Assembly: GCA_963758495.1 (NCBI GenBank)
Contig: CAVWVI010000003.1
Location: 832,001 to 896,000 of the forward strand
Reading direction: 5' to 3'
DNA from: Oligoflexia bacterium
GTDB taxonomy: Bacteria; Bdellovibrionota; UBA1018
DNA: 64,000 nucleotides
Part shown: one piece after another, positions 48,766-59,300 of the stretch
Layout: each line of letters begins with the position of its first letter
Position numbering within the stretch: position 1 is the stretch's first letter
Made by a program: the position numbers and the translations under genes
Notes under the pieces: model-generated
What the model was told of the DNA's origin: nothing
The model's database searches: none
The model's input: only the letters and a program-made list of their open reading frames with translations

Positions 48766-48896
48766 GACATTATAACGCTAATTTTTTAATTTAAATTGTC
48801 GTTATAAGGCAAATATATTTAAATGTATATATTTGCATAGGACATAAAATTACTTTATAATGTAGATATTATAGTTAAAGTTAACATTATAATGTG
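48766..48896. promoter_or_regulatory. Four palindromic operators (consensus ACATTATAATGT) upstream of hipBA-1
   Basis: TTATAA cores at 48770, 48802, 48855 and 48887 (two pairs 32 bp apart). Confidence 0.65.
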
Positions 48897-48901
48897 AAAT
48901 T

Positions 48902-49258
48902 ATGAAAAAATCCTCCTGGAAAGCCAGATCTCTCATGATTGACGCGGAAGAAGAATTAAAAATGCTTGGCCAAAATCTACGTATTGCAAGGGAACGGCGA
49001 AAGTTTGCCGTGACAGATTTGGCCAAACGACTCGATGTAGATCGTAGAGTCATCGATAAGCTTGAAAACGGTGACCCAACAGTATCGCTGGGTGCGCTTA
49101 TGCAAGTTTTAAATTTATTCGGCATGGTCAAAGGAATATCTCAATTTGCGGCCCCAGAGCACGACATCGAAGAGATCATTTTAGAAGCACGAAAATTTCG
49201 TAACGCAATCAAAACAAAAAAAGGGAAAACATTCTCGAAAGAAGAATTGGATTTTTAA
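48902..49258 (+). CDS. XRE HTH antitoxin (HipB-like)
   Basis: LGQNLRIARERR...LAKR...LENGDP; 1-bp overlap with hipA. Confidence 0.85.
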   Translation: MKKSSWKARSLMIDAEEELKMLGQNLRIARERRKFAVTDLAKRLDVDRRVIDKLENGDPTVSLGALMQVLNLFGMVKGISQFAAPEHDIEEIILEARKFRNAIKTKKGKTFSKEELDF

Positions 49259-50505
49259 TGGCAAAGAAAATTACCGTATTTGTATTTATAGAAAATACAT
49301 TTGTACCAGCTGGACTCCTCAGTTTTGAATCTTCTGGTAGAAATTCCTATTCTATTTTCCAATACGGAAGGAAGTACCTTCAAAGAAAAGACGCCATCAG
49401 TATTGACCCCATTCAACTTCCCCTGGAAGACAAGGAATTTCAGACCCCCGAAGGTTTTCAGCTATTTAATGGAATTAGAGACGCCGGCCCAGACAAATGG
49501 GGACGATACTTACTTGATAAAAAGTTTAAACACGGTCTAGATGAAATCGATTACATCATAGCATCCAGTCTAGATAGAGCTGGGGCATTAGCTTTTGGAG
49601 ATCATCCTGAGGAAGCGCCCAAAGTCCTCACTGCAGATGGGTTTATGAAAACTATGCAGATGAAGCGACTTGATCTCAAAGCAATTCTCACCGCTGTCGA
49701 TACAGCACTACAGGGACAAAAGGAAGAAACGTTAAAGGATTTCTTAGACTATGGCCCCTCTCTAGGCGGAGCACGACCTAAATCCACAGTAGAGTGGAAT
49801 GGAAAACCTTACATCGCAAAATTTTCTGTATCGTTAGACCAAAGAAATGAAGCCCTTATCGAATATGCAACCATGAGTCTCGCAAAGAAATGCGGATTAA
49901 ATACTCCCCATATTGAAAAAACAACTATTGAAACATCTCCAACAAACAAAAGAAACGTCTACCTTATAGAACGATTTGACCGAATAAAAAATAAAGACAA
50001 AGTCTTTTGTCCTGTTCCTTTTATCTCGGGACTTACTGCCACAGGCATCCACGAGGCCGATTATCCAAGATGGAGTTACAGATCTCTTTGCGAAGCCATA
50101 CTCAAATTTAGCTCAAACCCAACCCGAGATAAAACTGAGTTATTTAAAAGAGTCATTTTCAATATCATGGTTTTCAATAACGATGATCACTTGAGAAACC
50201 ACGGATTTCTCTATGCAGGAAACAACAACTGGGACCTATCTCCACTTTACGATGTAGTTCCGTCTACGATCCATTCGGAAACCTACACGCTATCCCTTAA
50301 ACTAGGAGATGAAGGCAATAAAGCTTCAATACGAAACGCAATGAGCGCTCTAAAATACTTTGATATTTCAGGGGGAGATGCAAAGTCAATTATCGGAGAT
50401 ATAAAAACTACTGTCTCTCACTGGGAAGATCACTTCCAGGAATGCGGAGTTTCTCCTACCGATATTGAAAAAATTAGAAATAGCTTCAAAGATAAAGAGG
50501 TTTAG
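49258..50505 (+). CDS. hipA: HipA-family toxin kinase
   Basis: PDKWGR, SLGGARPK, IERFDR, DDHLRNHG, LSPLYD. Confidence 0.93.
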   Translation: MAKKITVFVFIENTFVPAGLLSFESSGRNSYSIFQYGRKYLQRKDAISIDPIQLPLEDKEFQTPEGFQLFNGIRDAGPDKWGRYLLDKKFKHGLDEIDYIIASSLDRAGALAFGDHPEEAPKVLTADGFMKTMQMKRLDLKAILTAVDTALQGQKEETLKDFLDYGPSLGGARPKSTVEWNGKPYIAKFSVSLDQRNEALIEYATMSLAKKCGLNTPHIEKTTIETSPTNKRNVYLIERFDRIKNKDKVFCPVPFISGLTATGIHEADYPRWSYRSLCEAILKFSSNPTRDKTELFKRVIFNIMVFNNDDHLRNHGFLYAGNNNWDLSPLYDVVPSTIHSETYTLSLKLGDEGNKASIRNAMSALKYFDISGGDAKSIIGDIKTTVSHWEDHFQECGVSPTDIEKIRNSFKDKEV

Positions 50506-50510
50506 ATTTT

Positions 50511-50536
50511 AGCCGCCATAGAACCGTGTCCTCCGC
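50511..50536. repeat. 26-bp direct repeat, copy 1 (copy 2 inside rplQ)
   Basis: AGCCGCCATAGAACCGTGTCCTCCGC; 25/26 identical to 52349-52374. Confidence 0.9.
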
Positions 50537-50546
50537 TCTAAATTTT

Positions 50547-50680
50547 TATGCGATCGCATAGAATATTAGATCACTATCCATTCTCTAGAGTCTATCGAAA
50601 TAAATATATGCGATTGCATAGATTTTATTGATTTTAATCCAGTTTTACTTGTAAACTAGCAATATCTATTCGATCGAATA
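50547..50680. promoter_or_regulatory. Three 14-bp palindromic operators upstream of hipBA-2
   Basis: TATGCGATCGCATA (50547), TATGCGATTGCATA (50607), TATTCGATCGAATA (50667). Confidence 0.75.
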
Positions 50681-50695
50681 GAAAATAGGAGAGTT

Positions 50696-50917
50696 ATGAC
50701 TGAGCTAGGGGCTGCTGTACGAAAACAAAGAAAATCATTGGATTTAACTCAAGAGCAGCTTGGACAGTTTGCTGGGTGCGGAGCACTCTTTATACACGAT
50801 TTAGAGAAGGGCAAAGCAACGATACGATTGAATAAGTTGATTGATGTACTGAAGGTTTTAGGTCTGCAAATGACGCTTGAGCCTGGTAAGGCCGGCTTTA
50901 AAGTCAAGGGCATATAA
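50696..50917 (+). CDS. hipB: HipB/y4mF-family antitoxin
   Basis: LG..VR..RK...LTQEQL...AG.G..FI.DLE.GK.TI. Confidence 0.88.
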   Translation: MTELGAAVRKQRKSLDLTQEQLGQFAGCGALFIHDLEKGKATIRLNKLIDVLKVLGLQMTLEPGKAGFKVKGI

Positions 50918-50920
50918 AGT

Positions 50921-52165
50921 ATGGCTTTTATCGACCAAGCTAAAGCGAACTCCGCCCATGTCTATCGAAGAAATACTCTGATCGGAACGATTACTCGTAC
51001 TAAAACAGGATCCGTATTTGAATATAATTCATCTTTTCTGGAAAGCTTAAGTTCAGAGCAAAAAGAAAGTGAAATGGGAACAGCATTTCATCTTCCTTAT
51101 TCTCGCCCAAAAACTGAAACAGTTGGGGTGAATTTACATCCTTATTTTGCAGGATTATTACCAGAGGGCCTACGATTAAAATCCTTAATACAAAAAGTAA
51201 AAACTTCAGAGGATGATTTGCTAAGTTTGCTCGTAGCGGCGGGCTCAGACTGCATCGGTGATATTTTTGTGCTTCCAAAAGGGATTTTACCTGAAGCCCA
51301 TTCAACAGTGGCTGACCTAGGAAAACTAAACGAAATCGTTTTTTCAGAATTATTCGCAAAAGTGATTTCTTTTGGTACCGAAATAGATGAGGTTAGCATT
51401 CCAGGAGTCCAAAATAAGATTTCTGCTTCAATGATTTCTTTTCCAGTTCGAGGAGCAAAAGATCCTTATTCTTATATTTTAAAACTCACTCCTCCAGATA
51501 AGCCTCGGATCATTCAAAATGAACACTTTTTTCTACGCATGGCAAAAGCATGTGGTCTAAAAGTGAACGAAACAACGATTGTAAAAGATCAAGTAAATGC
51601 AGACGGATTACTGATCAAACGCTTTGATCGAGCTCCTACAAAAGGTTCCCATGATAGGCTGGCACTTCATCAAGAAGATGCTTGTCAGTTCTTGAATCGA
51701 TATCCCGCTGACAAATATTTAATACCCATGTCCGAAATTGCTGAGGGGATTCAGCTCTGCTCAGTACCCATTATAGAAATGGGAAAACTCATTCGTCTCT
51801 ATGCATTTTCTTATTTAATTGCCAATGGGGATCTGCACGCAAAGAATATAAGCATTTACAATTCTCCTCACACCGGAAGAATAGAACTCACTCCAGCCTA
51901 TGATATACTCAGCACACTTCCTTATGGTGACCAGAAAATGGCCTTAAAGCTTGACGGCAAAGACGACAATCTAAAACGAAAGGATTTTATTACTTTTGGA
52001 AAACGCTACGGCGTTGCAGAACGTGCAACTGAAGCTATTCTAAATAAAATTATTATTGCATCTGAACAATGGATAAATCGCTTAGAAGAGATTGGATTAG
52101 ACGAAAAAAAGACATCTCAGTTACGACGAGTCATAAAAAAACGCACCCAAGACTTAAGCAAATAA
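50921..52165 (+). CDS. hipA: HipA-family toxin kinase with fused HipA N-terminal domain
   Basis: FAGLLPEG, DCIG, SIPGVQNK, HQEDACQ, GDLHAKN, LTPAYD. Confidence 0.93.
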   Translation: MAFIDQAKANSAHVYRRNTLIGTITRTKTGSVFEYNSSFLESLSSEQKESEMGTAFHLPYSRPKTETVGVNLHPYFAGLLPEGLRLKSLIQKVKTSEDDLLSLLVAAGSDCIGDIFVLPKGILPEAHSTVADLGKLNEIVFSELFAKVISFGTEIDEVSIPGVQNKISASMISFPVRGAKDPYSYILKLTPPDKPRIIQNEHFFLRMAKACGLKVNETTIVKDQVNADGLLIKRFDRAPTKGSHDRLALHQEDACQFLNRYPADKYLIPMSEIAEGIQLCSVPIIEMGKLIRLYAFSYLIANGDLHAKNISIYNSPHTGRIELTPAYDILSTLPYGDQKMALKLDGKDDNLKRKDFITFGKRYGVAERATEAILNKIIIASEQWINRLEEIGLDEKKTSQLRRVIKKRTQDLSK

Positions 52166-52185
52166 ATCTCCCGTGCCCACAAACT

Positions 52186-52227
52186 AAAAAAAGCCACAAA
52201 CGGCTTAAGAGCTGTCTGTGGCTTTTT
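52186..52227. terminator. Bidirectional intrinsic terminator between hipA-2 and rplQ
   Basis: A-run, AGCCACAAACGGC-loop-GCTGTCTGTGGCT, T-run. Confidence 0.75.
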
Positions 52228-52273
52228 ATTAATTTGATTCAAGTCTAAAAAGTTTAATTAAAAACTTTTAAAA

Positions 52274-52864
52274 TCAGCTACTGCTACCGGACTTGCTGCT
52301 TCCACCGCCTGCAGCAGGAGTTTTACGACCAGCACCACCCTTAGTGTGAGCTGCCATAGAACCGTGTCCTCCGCCTTTAACTTTAGACTTTGATTTGAAC
52401 ATTTTACGAAAACGTCCAAATGGGTCATTGGCTTTAGCATCGTCCTTATTTTCAGCTTTTTTCTCTTCAGAAGCAGCCTTTGGCTTTTTCTTACGATCCA
52501 GCTCAGGATGATCTACTAACTCAAGAACTGCCATTTCGGCAGCATCGCCCCAACGACGATCAGCTACTTTAAGCACCCGAGTATAACCGCCTGCTCTTGT
52601 CTTATAACGCTCAGCTAAGGTTGTAAAAAGTTTAGACACTACAACATTGCTACGAGTACGATCGAAAGCCAATCGACGAGAAGCAGGTCTACCACTTTTT
52701 CCTAAGGTAATGAGACGATCCACAACGCGGCGAACTTCTTTAGCCTTTTGAACGGTCGTTACAATTTGTTCCATCTCAATCACAGAATTTGCCATATTGC
52801 GAAACATCGCAACTCGATGAGAAGTATTACGACCAAATTTTCGGCCGTCCACATTGTGTTTCAT
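52274..52864 (-). CDS. rplQ: 50S ribosomal protein L17 with C-terminal extension
   Basis: GRKFGR..SHR.AM, KAKEVRR, GGYTRV, GDAAEMA. Confidence 0.97.
   Translation of the reverse strand: MKHNVDGRKFGRNTSHRVAMFRNMANSVIEMEQIVTTVQKAKEVRRVVDRLITLGKSGRPASRRLAFDRTRSNVVVSKLFTTLAERYKTRAGGYTRVLKVADRRWGDAAEMAVLELVDHPELDRKKKPKAASEEKKAENKDDAKANDPFGRFRKMFKSKSKVKGGGHGSMAAHTKGGAGRKTPAAGGGSSKSGSSS
52349..52374. repeat. 26-bp direct repeat, copy 2 (within the rplQ tail)
   Basis: AGCTGCCATAGAACCGTGTCCTCCGC. Confidence 0.9.
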
Positions 52865-52954
52865 AAGAAAACTCCTAAATTTAACTCACTCACATTAACT
52901 CATTAGAATTTAACCTGCTTGACTCGCATGTTAAATTTTATCTAAAAAATTAAT

Positions 52955-54040
52955 TTAATCCTCAACATCATCACTTACTTCGTCGAACTCTTCAGCCTTC
53001 TTGCGATCATTCATGATGCGACTTTCATCGACATCAGAATCAGCTGGTTTCGGCGGTTGAGATGGGGGAACAAAGCCATCTAGCTTCATTCCCAAACTCA
53101 AGCCCATTTCACCTAAAATATCTTTGATTTCATTCAATGACTTTCTTCCAAAATTCTTTGTCTTTAACATTTCGGATTCAGTCTTCTGAACAAGCTCATA
53201 AATGTACTTAATGTTCGCATTCTGCAGACAGTTTGCAGAGCGAACTGAAAGCTCCAATTCCTCTACCGAACGATAGAGATTTGGATTGAATTGAGAACTA
53301 CCTTCTTCTTTAGCCTGAGCAATCGGCTCTGGCTCTTCCTCGAAGTTCAAGAAGACTGACAATTGATCTTTAAGAATTTTTGAGCCTAAAGATACTGCAT
53401 CTTCTGGCTCTACAGAACCATCAGTCCAGACTTCTAGAGTCAGCTTATCAAAGTCAGTTCTCTGACCTACACGGCTTTGTGTAACAGTATAATTCACTCG
53501 TCGTATTGGAGAAAAAAAGCTATCAACCGGAATCCAGCCTAATGGCAGATCTTCAGATTTATTAGCTTCAGCTGCACGATATCCACGACCCCGTGCAACT
53601 TGAATTTCAGCACGCAACTTACCACCTTTTCCGATGGTAGCAATGATTTGATCAGGATTGAGAACTTGAACTTGCTCTGACACAATAATATCAGAAGCTT
53701 TGACTTCACAAGGTCCATCTTTATCAATTGCAACTGTTGCTTGCTCAGCATGATGAAGTCTAAAACGAACTTCTTTCAAATTTAAAATAACTTCCGCTAC
53801 ATCTTCCTTTACATCAGGTACTGATGTGAATTCATGGACCACGCCATCAATTTTCACTGCAGTAATAGCTGCGCCTTGAAGAGATGAAAGCAGCACACGT
53901 CTCAGAGAGTTTCCTAAAGTTAAACCAAAACCTCGTTCGAGAGGCTTTGCAATAAATTTACCGTAAGATGTACTTAAGGACTCTTTATCTACGTCTAATG
54001 CCTTAGGTTTAATTAAATCACGCCAATTTTTTTCCAACAT
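52955..54040 (-). CDS. rpoA: RNA polymerase alpha subunit
   Basis: [33 protein letters not shown]. Confidence 0.98.
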   Translation of the reverse strand: MLEKNWRDLIKPKALDVDKESLSTSYGKFIAKPLERGFGLTLGNSLRRVLLSSLQGAAITAVKIDGVVHEFTSVPDVKEDVAEVILNLKEVRFRLHHAEQATVAIDKDGPCEVKASDIIVSEQVQVLNPDQIIATIGKGGKLRAEIQVARGRGYRAAEANKSEDLPLGWIPVDSFFSPIRRVNYTVTQSRVGQRTDFDKLTLEVWTDGSVEPEDAVSLGSKILKDQLSVFLNFEEEPEPIAQAKEEGSSQFNPNLYRSVEELELSVRSANCLQNANIKYIYELVQKTESEMLKTKNFGRKSLNEIKDILGEMGLSLGMKLDGFVPPSQPPKPADSDVDESRIMNDRKKAEEFDEVSDDVED

Positions 54041-54108
54041 CGTTCATTCTCCTGTCATCCCCTCGCTATTCACCTTGTGAATTAGCCATGCGGGGAGTAT
54101 CCAAGGTT

Positions 54109-54736
54109 TTACTTCGAATAAAGCTCTACTACCAAACGTTCTTGCATAGGAGCAGTTACATCATCACGTGCTGGCAAGATCTCGAACACGAGCTTTCATT
54201 GCTGTCGCATCCAATTCCAACCATTGAGGAATTTCACGTCTTTTAACCGCTTCAAGAGCACCGCCGATACGAGCAACACTCTTGCTCTTTTCAGCCACTT
54301 CAAGTGAATCACCCTTGTCTACTAAATAGGAAGGAATATTCACTTTGATACCATTGACCTTGAAATGGCCATGTCTTACCAAGTGTCTCGCTTCAGTACG
54401 AGAATTAGCAAAACCAGAACGATAAGCCACATTATCTAACCGTCTTTCCAACATGGAAAGTAAATTAGAGCCAGTCACACCCTTCATTCGTTCTGCTTTT
54501 TCGAACAGACTACGGAACTGAGCTTCTAGTAGCCCATAAATTCTTTTAATTTTCTGCTTCTCACGAAGCTGCAAGCCATACTCAGAAAACTTAATTCGAC
54601 CTTGGCCATGCTGCCCAGGAGGATATCCACGTCGCTCAAATGCACACTTATCTGAGTAACAACGATCTCCCTTAAGAAAAAGTTTTTGATTTTCACGACG
54701 ACAAAGTCGACAAACTGAACCAATACAACGAGCCAT
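54109..54736 (-). CDS. rpsD: 30S ribosomal protein S4 (one +1 frameshift near 54180)
   Basis: Conserved end LPARDD...VVELYSK* lies in another frame, stop at 54109. Confidence 0.95.
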
Positions 54737-54739
54737 AAA

Positions 54740-55201
54740 TTAGACCCTCCTCCTCTTCGGTGGACGGCAACCGTTATGAGGAATCGGTGTCACATCCTCA
54801 ATAAAATTCACTCGTAATCCAGCTGATGCTAACGCACGCAATGCTGATTCTCTGCCAGCACCTGGACCACTCACAAAAACCTGAACATTCCGCATCCCGT
54901 TTTCTACGGCCTTTCTTGCAGCATCTTCAGCAGCGACCTGTGCCGCAAAAGGCGTGTTCTTTCTAGAACCACGAAACCCCTTGCCACCCGCGCTAGACCA
55001 ACAAATCGCGTTGCCCATACTATCAGTAATGGTAACAATTGTATTGTTAAATGATGAAAGAATATAAACATTTCCTGATGAAACGTTCTTTTTGCCTTTT
55101 TTAATACGCTTCACGGTAGGCTCTGCACCAGCCACTGTTGTAGCTGCTACGGATTCTTTCTTAGATTCTACTTTAGAAACTTCTGTTTTTTGCTCAGACA
55201 T
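54740..55201 (-). CDS. rpsK: 30S ribosomal protein S11
   Basis: [29 protein letters not shown]. Confidence 0.97.
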   Translation of the reverse strand: MSEQKTEVSKVESKKESVAATTVAGAEPTVKRIKKGKKNVSSGNVYILSSFNNTIVTITDSMGNAICWSSAGGKGFRGSRKNTPFAAQVAAEDAARKAVENGMRNVQVFVSGPGAGRESALRALASAGLRVNFIEDVTPIPHNGCRPPKRRRV

Positions 55202-55211
55202 AATCACCTAC

Positions 55212-55595
55212 TTACTTCATTGCCTTAACGGACTTCTTGCCTGCAATTGCTACAGCAGGTCCCTTACGTGTCCGGGCATTCGAATGAGTTCGTTGTCCTC
55301 TCACTGGGAGACCCTTGCGATGACGAACTCCTCTATAGCAACCAAGATCGACCAATCGCTTGATATTAAGATTCACTTCACGTCTTAAATCACCTTCCAC
55401 GCGTAGCGTACGATCGATAATTTCACGAATCTTTGCGACTTCAGCTTCAGTCAAAATATCCGATTTCTTGCCAAACTCAATCTCTGCCTCAGATAGAACC
55501 TTCCTAGCCATCGGACGGCCAATCCCATAGATATAAGTCAGTGCCACTTCCATCCGCTTATTGCGTGGGAGATCGACTCCCGCGATACGAGCCAC
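55212..55595 (-). CDS. rpsM: 30S ribosomal protein S13
   Basis: [28 protein letters not shown]. Confidence 0.98.
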   Translation of the reverse strand: MARIAGVDLPRNKRMEVALTYIYGIGRPMARKVLSEAEIEFGKKSDILTEAEVAKIREIIDRTLRVEGDLRREVNLNIKRLVDLGCYRGVRHRKGLPVRGQRTHSNARTRKGPAVAIAGKKSVKAMK

Positions 55596-55630
55596 GTGCT
55601 ACCTTCCTTTCAACTTCCAATCGTTAAAAC

Positions 55631-55744
55631 TCAACCCTGCCGCTGCTTATGACGAGGATTTTCACAAATCACTCGAACAACACCTTTACGGCGGACTACT
55701 TTACATTTGTCACAAATCTTCTTAACCGATGCACGAACCTTCAT
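55631..55744 (-). CDS. rpmJ: 50S ribosomal protein L36
   Basis: Manual translation [37 protein letters not shown]. Confidence 0.97.
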   Translation of the reverse strand: MKVRASVKKICDKCKVVRRKGVVRVICENPRHKQRQG

Positions 55745-55767
55745 AAAAATCTCCATCGACCCTACAA

Positions 55768-56517
55768 TTAGATTAATGTTAAAATTTCCGGACCATTCGA
55801 CGTAATGGCCACCGTATGCTCAAAATGAGCAGACAGCGAATGGTCAGCTGTAACCGCAGTCCAACCATCCTTCAGAACTTTTACTTCATGACTGCCAGCA
55901 TTAATCATGGGTTCAATAGCTAACACCATTCCCACTTTAAGCAAGAGTCCCTTACCTTTTGGGCCATAATTGGGAACCTGCGGCTCTTCGTGAAGTGCTC
56001 TACCTATTCCATGTCCAACGAATTCCCTTACCACGCCATAACCAAACTCTTCAACATAATTCTGAATGGCATGACCAATATCGAAAATTCGGTTACCTTC
56101 TCGGCACTCCTGGATACCCCTATTCAAACTTTCACGGGTGACATCAATCAACTGTTGGGCTTCTCGGGAAATAACCCCTACTGCCACTGTTCGAGCTGAA
56201 TCGCCATACCACCCGTCATGTATGACCCCAAAATCTAAACCAACAATATCACCCTTCTTTAAAACTCGCTTGGGTGAAGGAATTCCATGAACCACCTCTT
56301 CATTTACAGAGATGCATACCGTACCAGGAAAACCATGATATCCTTTAAAAGCAGGTACTACCTTCAAATCTCGACAACGAGACTCTGCAAAAAGGTCTAA
56401 TTCAGCAGTTGTCATACCAGGCTGAACCATTTTTGCCATTTCATCTAAGATCAGACCTACAATAGCCCCTGCCTTGCGCATCTGACTCAGTTCTCGTTCT
56501 GTCTTTAGGGAAATCAT
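55768..56517 (-). CDS. map: Methionine aminopeptidase type I
   Basis: [28 protein letters not shown]. Confidence 0.96.
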   Translation of the reverse strand: MISLKTERELSQMRKAGAIVGLILDEMAKMVQPGMTTAELDLFAESRCRDLKVVPAFKGYHGFPGTVCISVNEEVVHGIPSPKRVLKKGDIVGLDFGVIHDGWYGDSARTVAVGVISREAQQLIDVTRESLNRGIQECREGNRIFDIGHAIQNYVEEFGYGVVREFVGHGIGRALHEEPQVPNYGPKGKGLLLKVGMVLAIEPMINAGSHEVKVLKDGWTAVTADHSLSAHFEHTVAITSNGPEILTLI

Positions 56518-56534
56518 AACTTTTACTTCTTTCC

Positions 56535-57176
56535 CTATCTCAAAGCTTGAGCAAGTGCTTGTGCAACATCAGGTGCTGATCGTCTAGCATCCAAACGTTG
56601 TAATTTGTTTTGATTCTTATAAAACCCAACCAAAGGCTCTGTTTGATGATGATAGACTGCCAATCGCTTTTTAATCACTTCTGGCTGGTCGTCATCTCTT
56701 TGTACCAATGGGTTGGCACAATGATCACAAATGCCTATGTTTTTAGGGGGTGCATTTTCAATATGGTACATTGCACCACACTTCACGCAGGTCCGCCGGC
56801 CAGATAATCGTTTTACCAAATCTTCATCGGGCATTTCAAAAAGAACTGCCCGATCCACAGATCGGCCTTGATTTAATAACATATTATCTAATGCGTCTGC
56901 CTGAGAAATATTACGCGGAAAGCCATCTAAGACAAATCCGTCTTTACAATCTGAAGCATTGCTACGCTCTTCAATTAAACCAATGACAACCGAATCAGGA
57001 ACAAGAGATCCCTGATTCATAAAAGTTTTTGCCTCAACACCCAATTTAGATCCATTGCTTATAGCAGTACGAAGCATATCCCCTGTCGATAATTGGGGCC
57101 ATTTTCGATCTACAATTAAGCGCTTTGCTTGAGTACCTTTTCCAGACCCGGGAGGGCCAAGTAACACAACTATCAT
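56535..57176 (-). CDS. adk: Adenylate kinase
   Basis: GPPGSGKGTQ, STGDMLR, LDGFPR, Zn lid. Confidence 0.97.
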   Translation of the reverse strand: MIVVLLGPPGSGKGTQAKRLIVDRKWPQLSTGDMLRTAISNGSKLGVEAKTFMNQGSLVPDSVVIGLIEERSNASDCKDGFVLDGFPRNISQADALDNMLLNQGRSVDRAVLFEMPDEDLVKRLSGRRTCVKCGAMYHIENAPPKNIGICDHCANPLVQRDDDQPEVIKKRLAVYHHQTEPLVGFYKNQNKLQRLDARRSAPDVAQALAQALR

Positions 57177-58477
57177 GTATAAGCCGCGCGCCCTTTCATC
57201 CGAGTATGTTTCATAAATCCTTCATAATTGCGGGTCAATAAAAAGGTTTCAATCTGAGCTACAGTATCTAGAGCTACGCCCACTAAAATGAGAACGCTTG
57301 TTCCACCAAAGTAGAATGGCACCTTCATTGTTTGCGTAAAAAAGGTTGGAAGCACACAGATTGCTGAAATATAAACTGCACCACCTAATGTGATTCGTGA
57401 AAGCACGTAATCAATATAGTTAGCAGTAGGAAGACCTGGACGAATTCCCGGAATAAATCCACCGTATTTTTTAAGATTATCTGCAACATCTTCCGTCTTG
57501 AACGTAACTGCAGTATAAAAATAACAGAAAAATACAATGAGCCCTACGAATAGAATATTATAAAGTAAATTCCCTGGCTGAAGCATGGATGTAAATCTCT
57601 GTACCTTTTCTGAAGGAAAAAAGGTTGCTACAGTAGCTGGGAACATAATCAATGATGACGCAAAGATCGGCGGAATCACACCAGAAGTATTGACTTTGAG
57701 TGGTAAATTACTGTTCTGCCCACCATACACCTTACGTCCCACAATCCTCTTTGCATATTGAATCGGGATACGTCGAGCTCCGCGTTCGACAAAGATGATA
57801 CAGAAAAATGTGCCTACAATCACTGCCAAGACTAAGAATATCTTGAAAAGACTGAGCTCTCCTGATCGATATAAACTCAGAGTGCTGCCAATTCCTTGTG
57901 GAATTCGTGCTGCAATCCCTGCATAGATCAATAAAGAAATCCCATTACCAATGCCGCGCTCGGACATCTGTTCCCCAACCCACATGAGGAACACCGTTCC
58001 TGCGGTCAAAGTACAAGTTGTCAAAAGCCGGAACGCTAACCCTGTATGTAATACGACAGTAGGATTATTGTAATGTTCCAAACCTGTCGCAATACCGTAA
58101 CCTTGAATCAAGCACAATAGTACGGTGCCATAGCGAGTATATTGGGTAATTTTCTTACGTCCTTGATCTCCTTCTTTTTGTAGATCATGCAAGTACGGCC
58201 AAATGACTGTCAATAATTGGAAAATAATAGAGCTACTAATATAGGGCATTACGCCTAATGCGAAAATGCTAAATCGCTCTAAAGCGCCACCGCTAAAAAG
58301 ATTAAACCAACCAAAAATAGTTCCCTTCATATTAGCAAATACATGCTGAAGGGCGGCACTATCTACACCAGGAGTTGGAATGTGTACGCCGATGCGGTAA
58401 ACGGCGAGCATAATCAAGGTGAAAATAATTCGCTTACGCAATTCGGGAATCTTTACAAGTCCATCAGCTCCTGACAT
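57173..58477 (-). CDS. secY: Preprotein translocase subunit SecY
   Basis: SIFALGVMPYI, GIGNGISL, GVIPPIFA, GGTS.LI. Confidence 0.98.
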   Translation of the reverse strand: MSGADGLVKIPELRKRIIFTLIMLAVYRIGVHIPTPGVDSAALQHVFANMKGTIFGWFNLFSGGALERFSIFALGVMPYISSSIIFQLLTVIWPYLHDLQKEGDQGRKKITQYTRYGTVLLCLIQGYGIATGLEHYNNPTVVLHTGLAFRLLTTCTLTAGTVFLMWVGEQMSERGIGNGISLLIYAGIAARIPQGIGSTLSLYRSGELSLFKIFLVLAVIVGTFFCIIFVERGARRIPIQYAKRIVGRKVYGGQNSNLPLKVNTSGVIPPIFASSLIMFPATVATFFPSEKVQRFTSMLQPGNLLYNILFVGLIVFFCYFYTAVTFKTEDVADNLKKYGGFIPGIRPGLPTANYIDYVLSRITLGGAVYISAICVLPTFFTQTMKVPFYFGGTSVLILVGVALDTVAQIETFLLTRNYEGFMKHTRMKGRAAYT

Positions 58478-58514
58478 TTGTACCCTCTATCGATGTTGTG
58501 TCATTGCAAACCAA

Positions 58515-59024
58515 CTATTTAGAAGAAGACGACTGCAGAGACGCTTTTACTTTTCTTTTTGCTTTACCAGGAATTGAAACCATTTCTACTGTACCACCTG
58601 CTTTGGTGATCTTTTCCTGGGCAGCTGGACTCACTTTATGCGCTTTTACATTAAAAGTCTTCGTTAATTCTCCTGTACCCAGGATAGTTAAACGATCGTA
58701 TCGACCTTTAATTTGATTGCTCTCTACTAAAGTCTCCAACGAAATATCCTTAAACTGGGTAGAATCTAATCGCTCTAAATCAGCAATATTAAGAATCGCA
58801 ATGGTACGGCGACCTGGGTTATGAAAACCTCGCTTAGGCACGCGTCGGTATAAAGGCATTTGACCGCCCTCAAAACCAGGACGAACACTGCCGCCTGAGC
58901 GAGCAAGCTGCCCTTTATCCCCTTTACCCGCAGTTTGCCCATGGCCCGATCCTGCGCCTCTTCCCAAACGCTTCTTCTTATGAGTCGCTCCAATTTGAGC
59001 TTTAATCGTATTCAGTCTTAACAT
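58515..59024 (-). CDS. rplO: 50S ribosomal protein L15
   Basis: GRG.GSG.G.T.GKG.KGQ, GFEGGQMP. Confidence 0.96.
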   Translation of the reverse strand: MLRLNTIKAQIGATHKKKRLGRGAGSGHGQTAGKGDKGQLARSGGSVRPGFEGGQMPLYRRVPKRGFHNPGRRTIAILNIADLERLDSTQFKDISLETLVESNQIKGRYDRLTILGTGELTKTFNVKAHKVSPAAQEKITKAGGTVEMVSIPGKAKRKVKASLQSSSSK

Positions 59025-59080
59025 AATCACTCTCTACTTCCCATACTGGCGAACTTTCGCAGACCGCCAGAGCATAATAA

Positions 59081-59278
59081 CTAGCGGGTCTCTGATACCA
59101 CTTCTACCAAATGAAGAACCTTTTTAATCATTCCTCTCACAGACGGAGTATTTTCTAAGGTTCGTACCTGTTCCCTGTTTTTTAGCCCTAAACCGTTAAC
59201 TGTTGCCCGCTGCTTAGGGGGACACGCAATTGTACCCTTTTTCAGACGGATCGTAATTGTTTTCTTAGTGGCTGCCAT
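59081..59278 (-). CDS. rpmD: 50S ribosomal protein L30
   Basis: Q.ATV.GLGL...[12 protein letters not shown]. Confidence 0.95.
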   Translation of the reverse strand: MAATKKTITIRLKKGTIACPPKQRATVNGLGLKNREQVRTLENTPSVRGMIKKVLHLVEVVSETR

Positions 59279-59300
59279 TTTGTCACTCCTTCATACTCAC

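Noticed and set aside
50547..50680. CRISPR-like repeat-spacer array
   Set aside because: Only three 14-bp palindromes, no cas genes, and located in a hipBA promoter.
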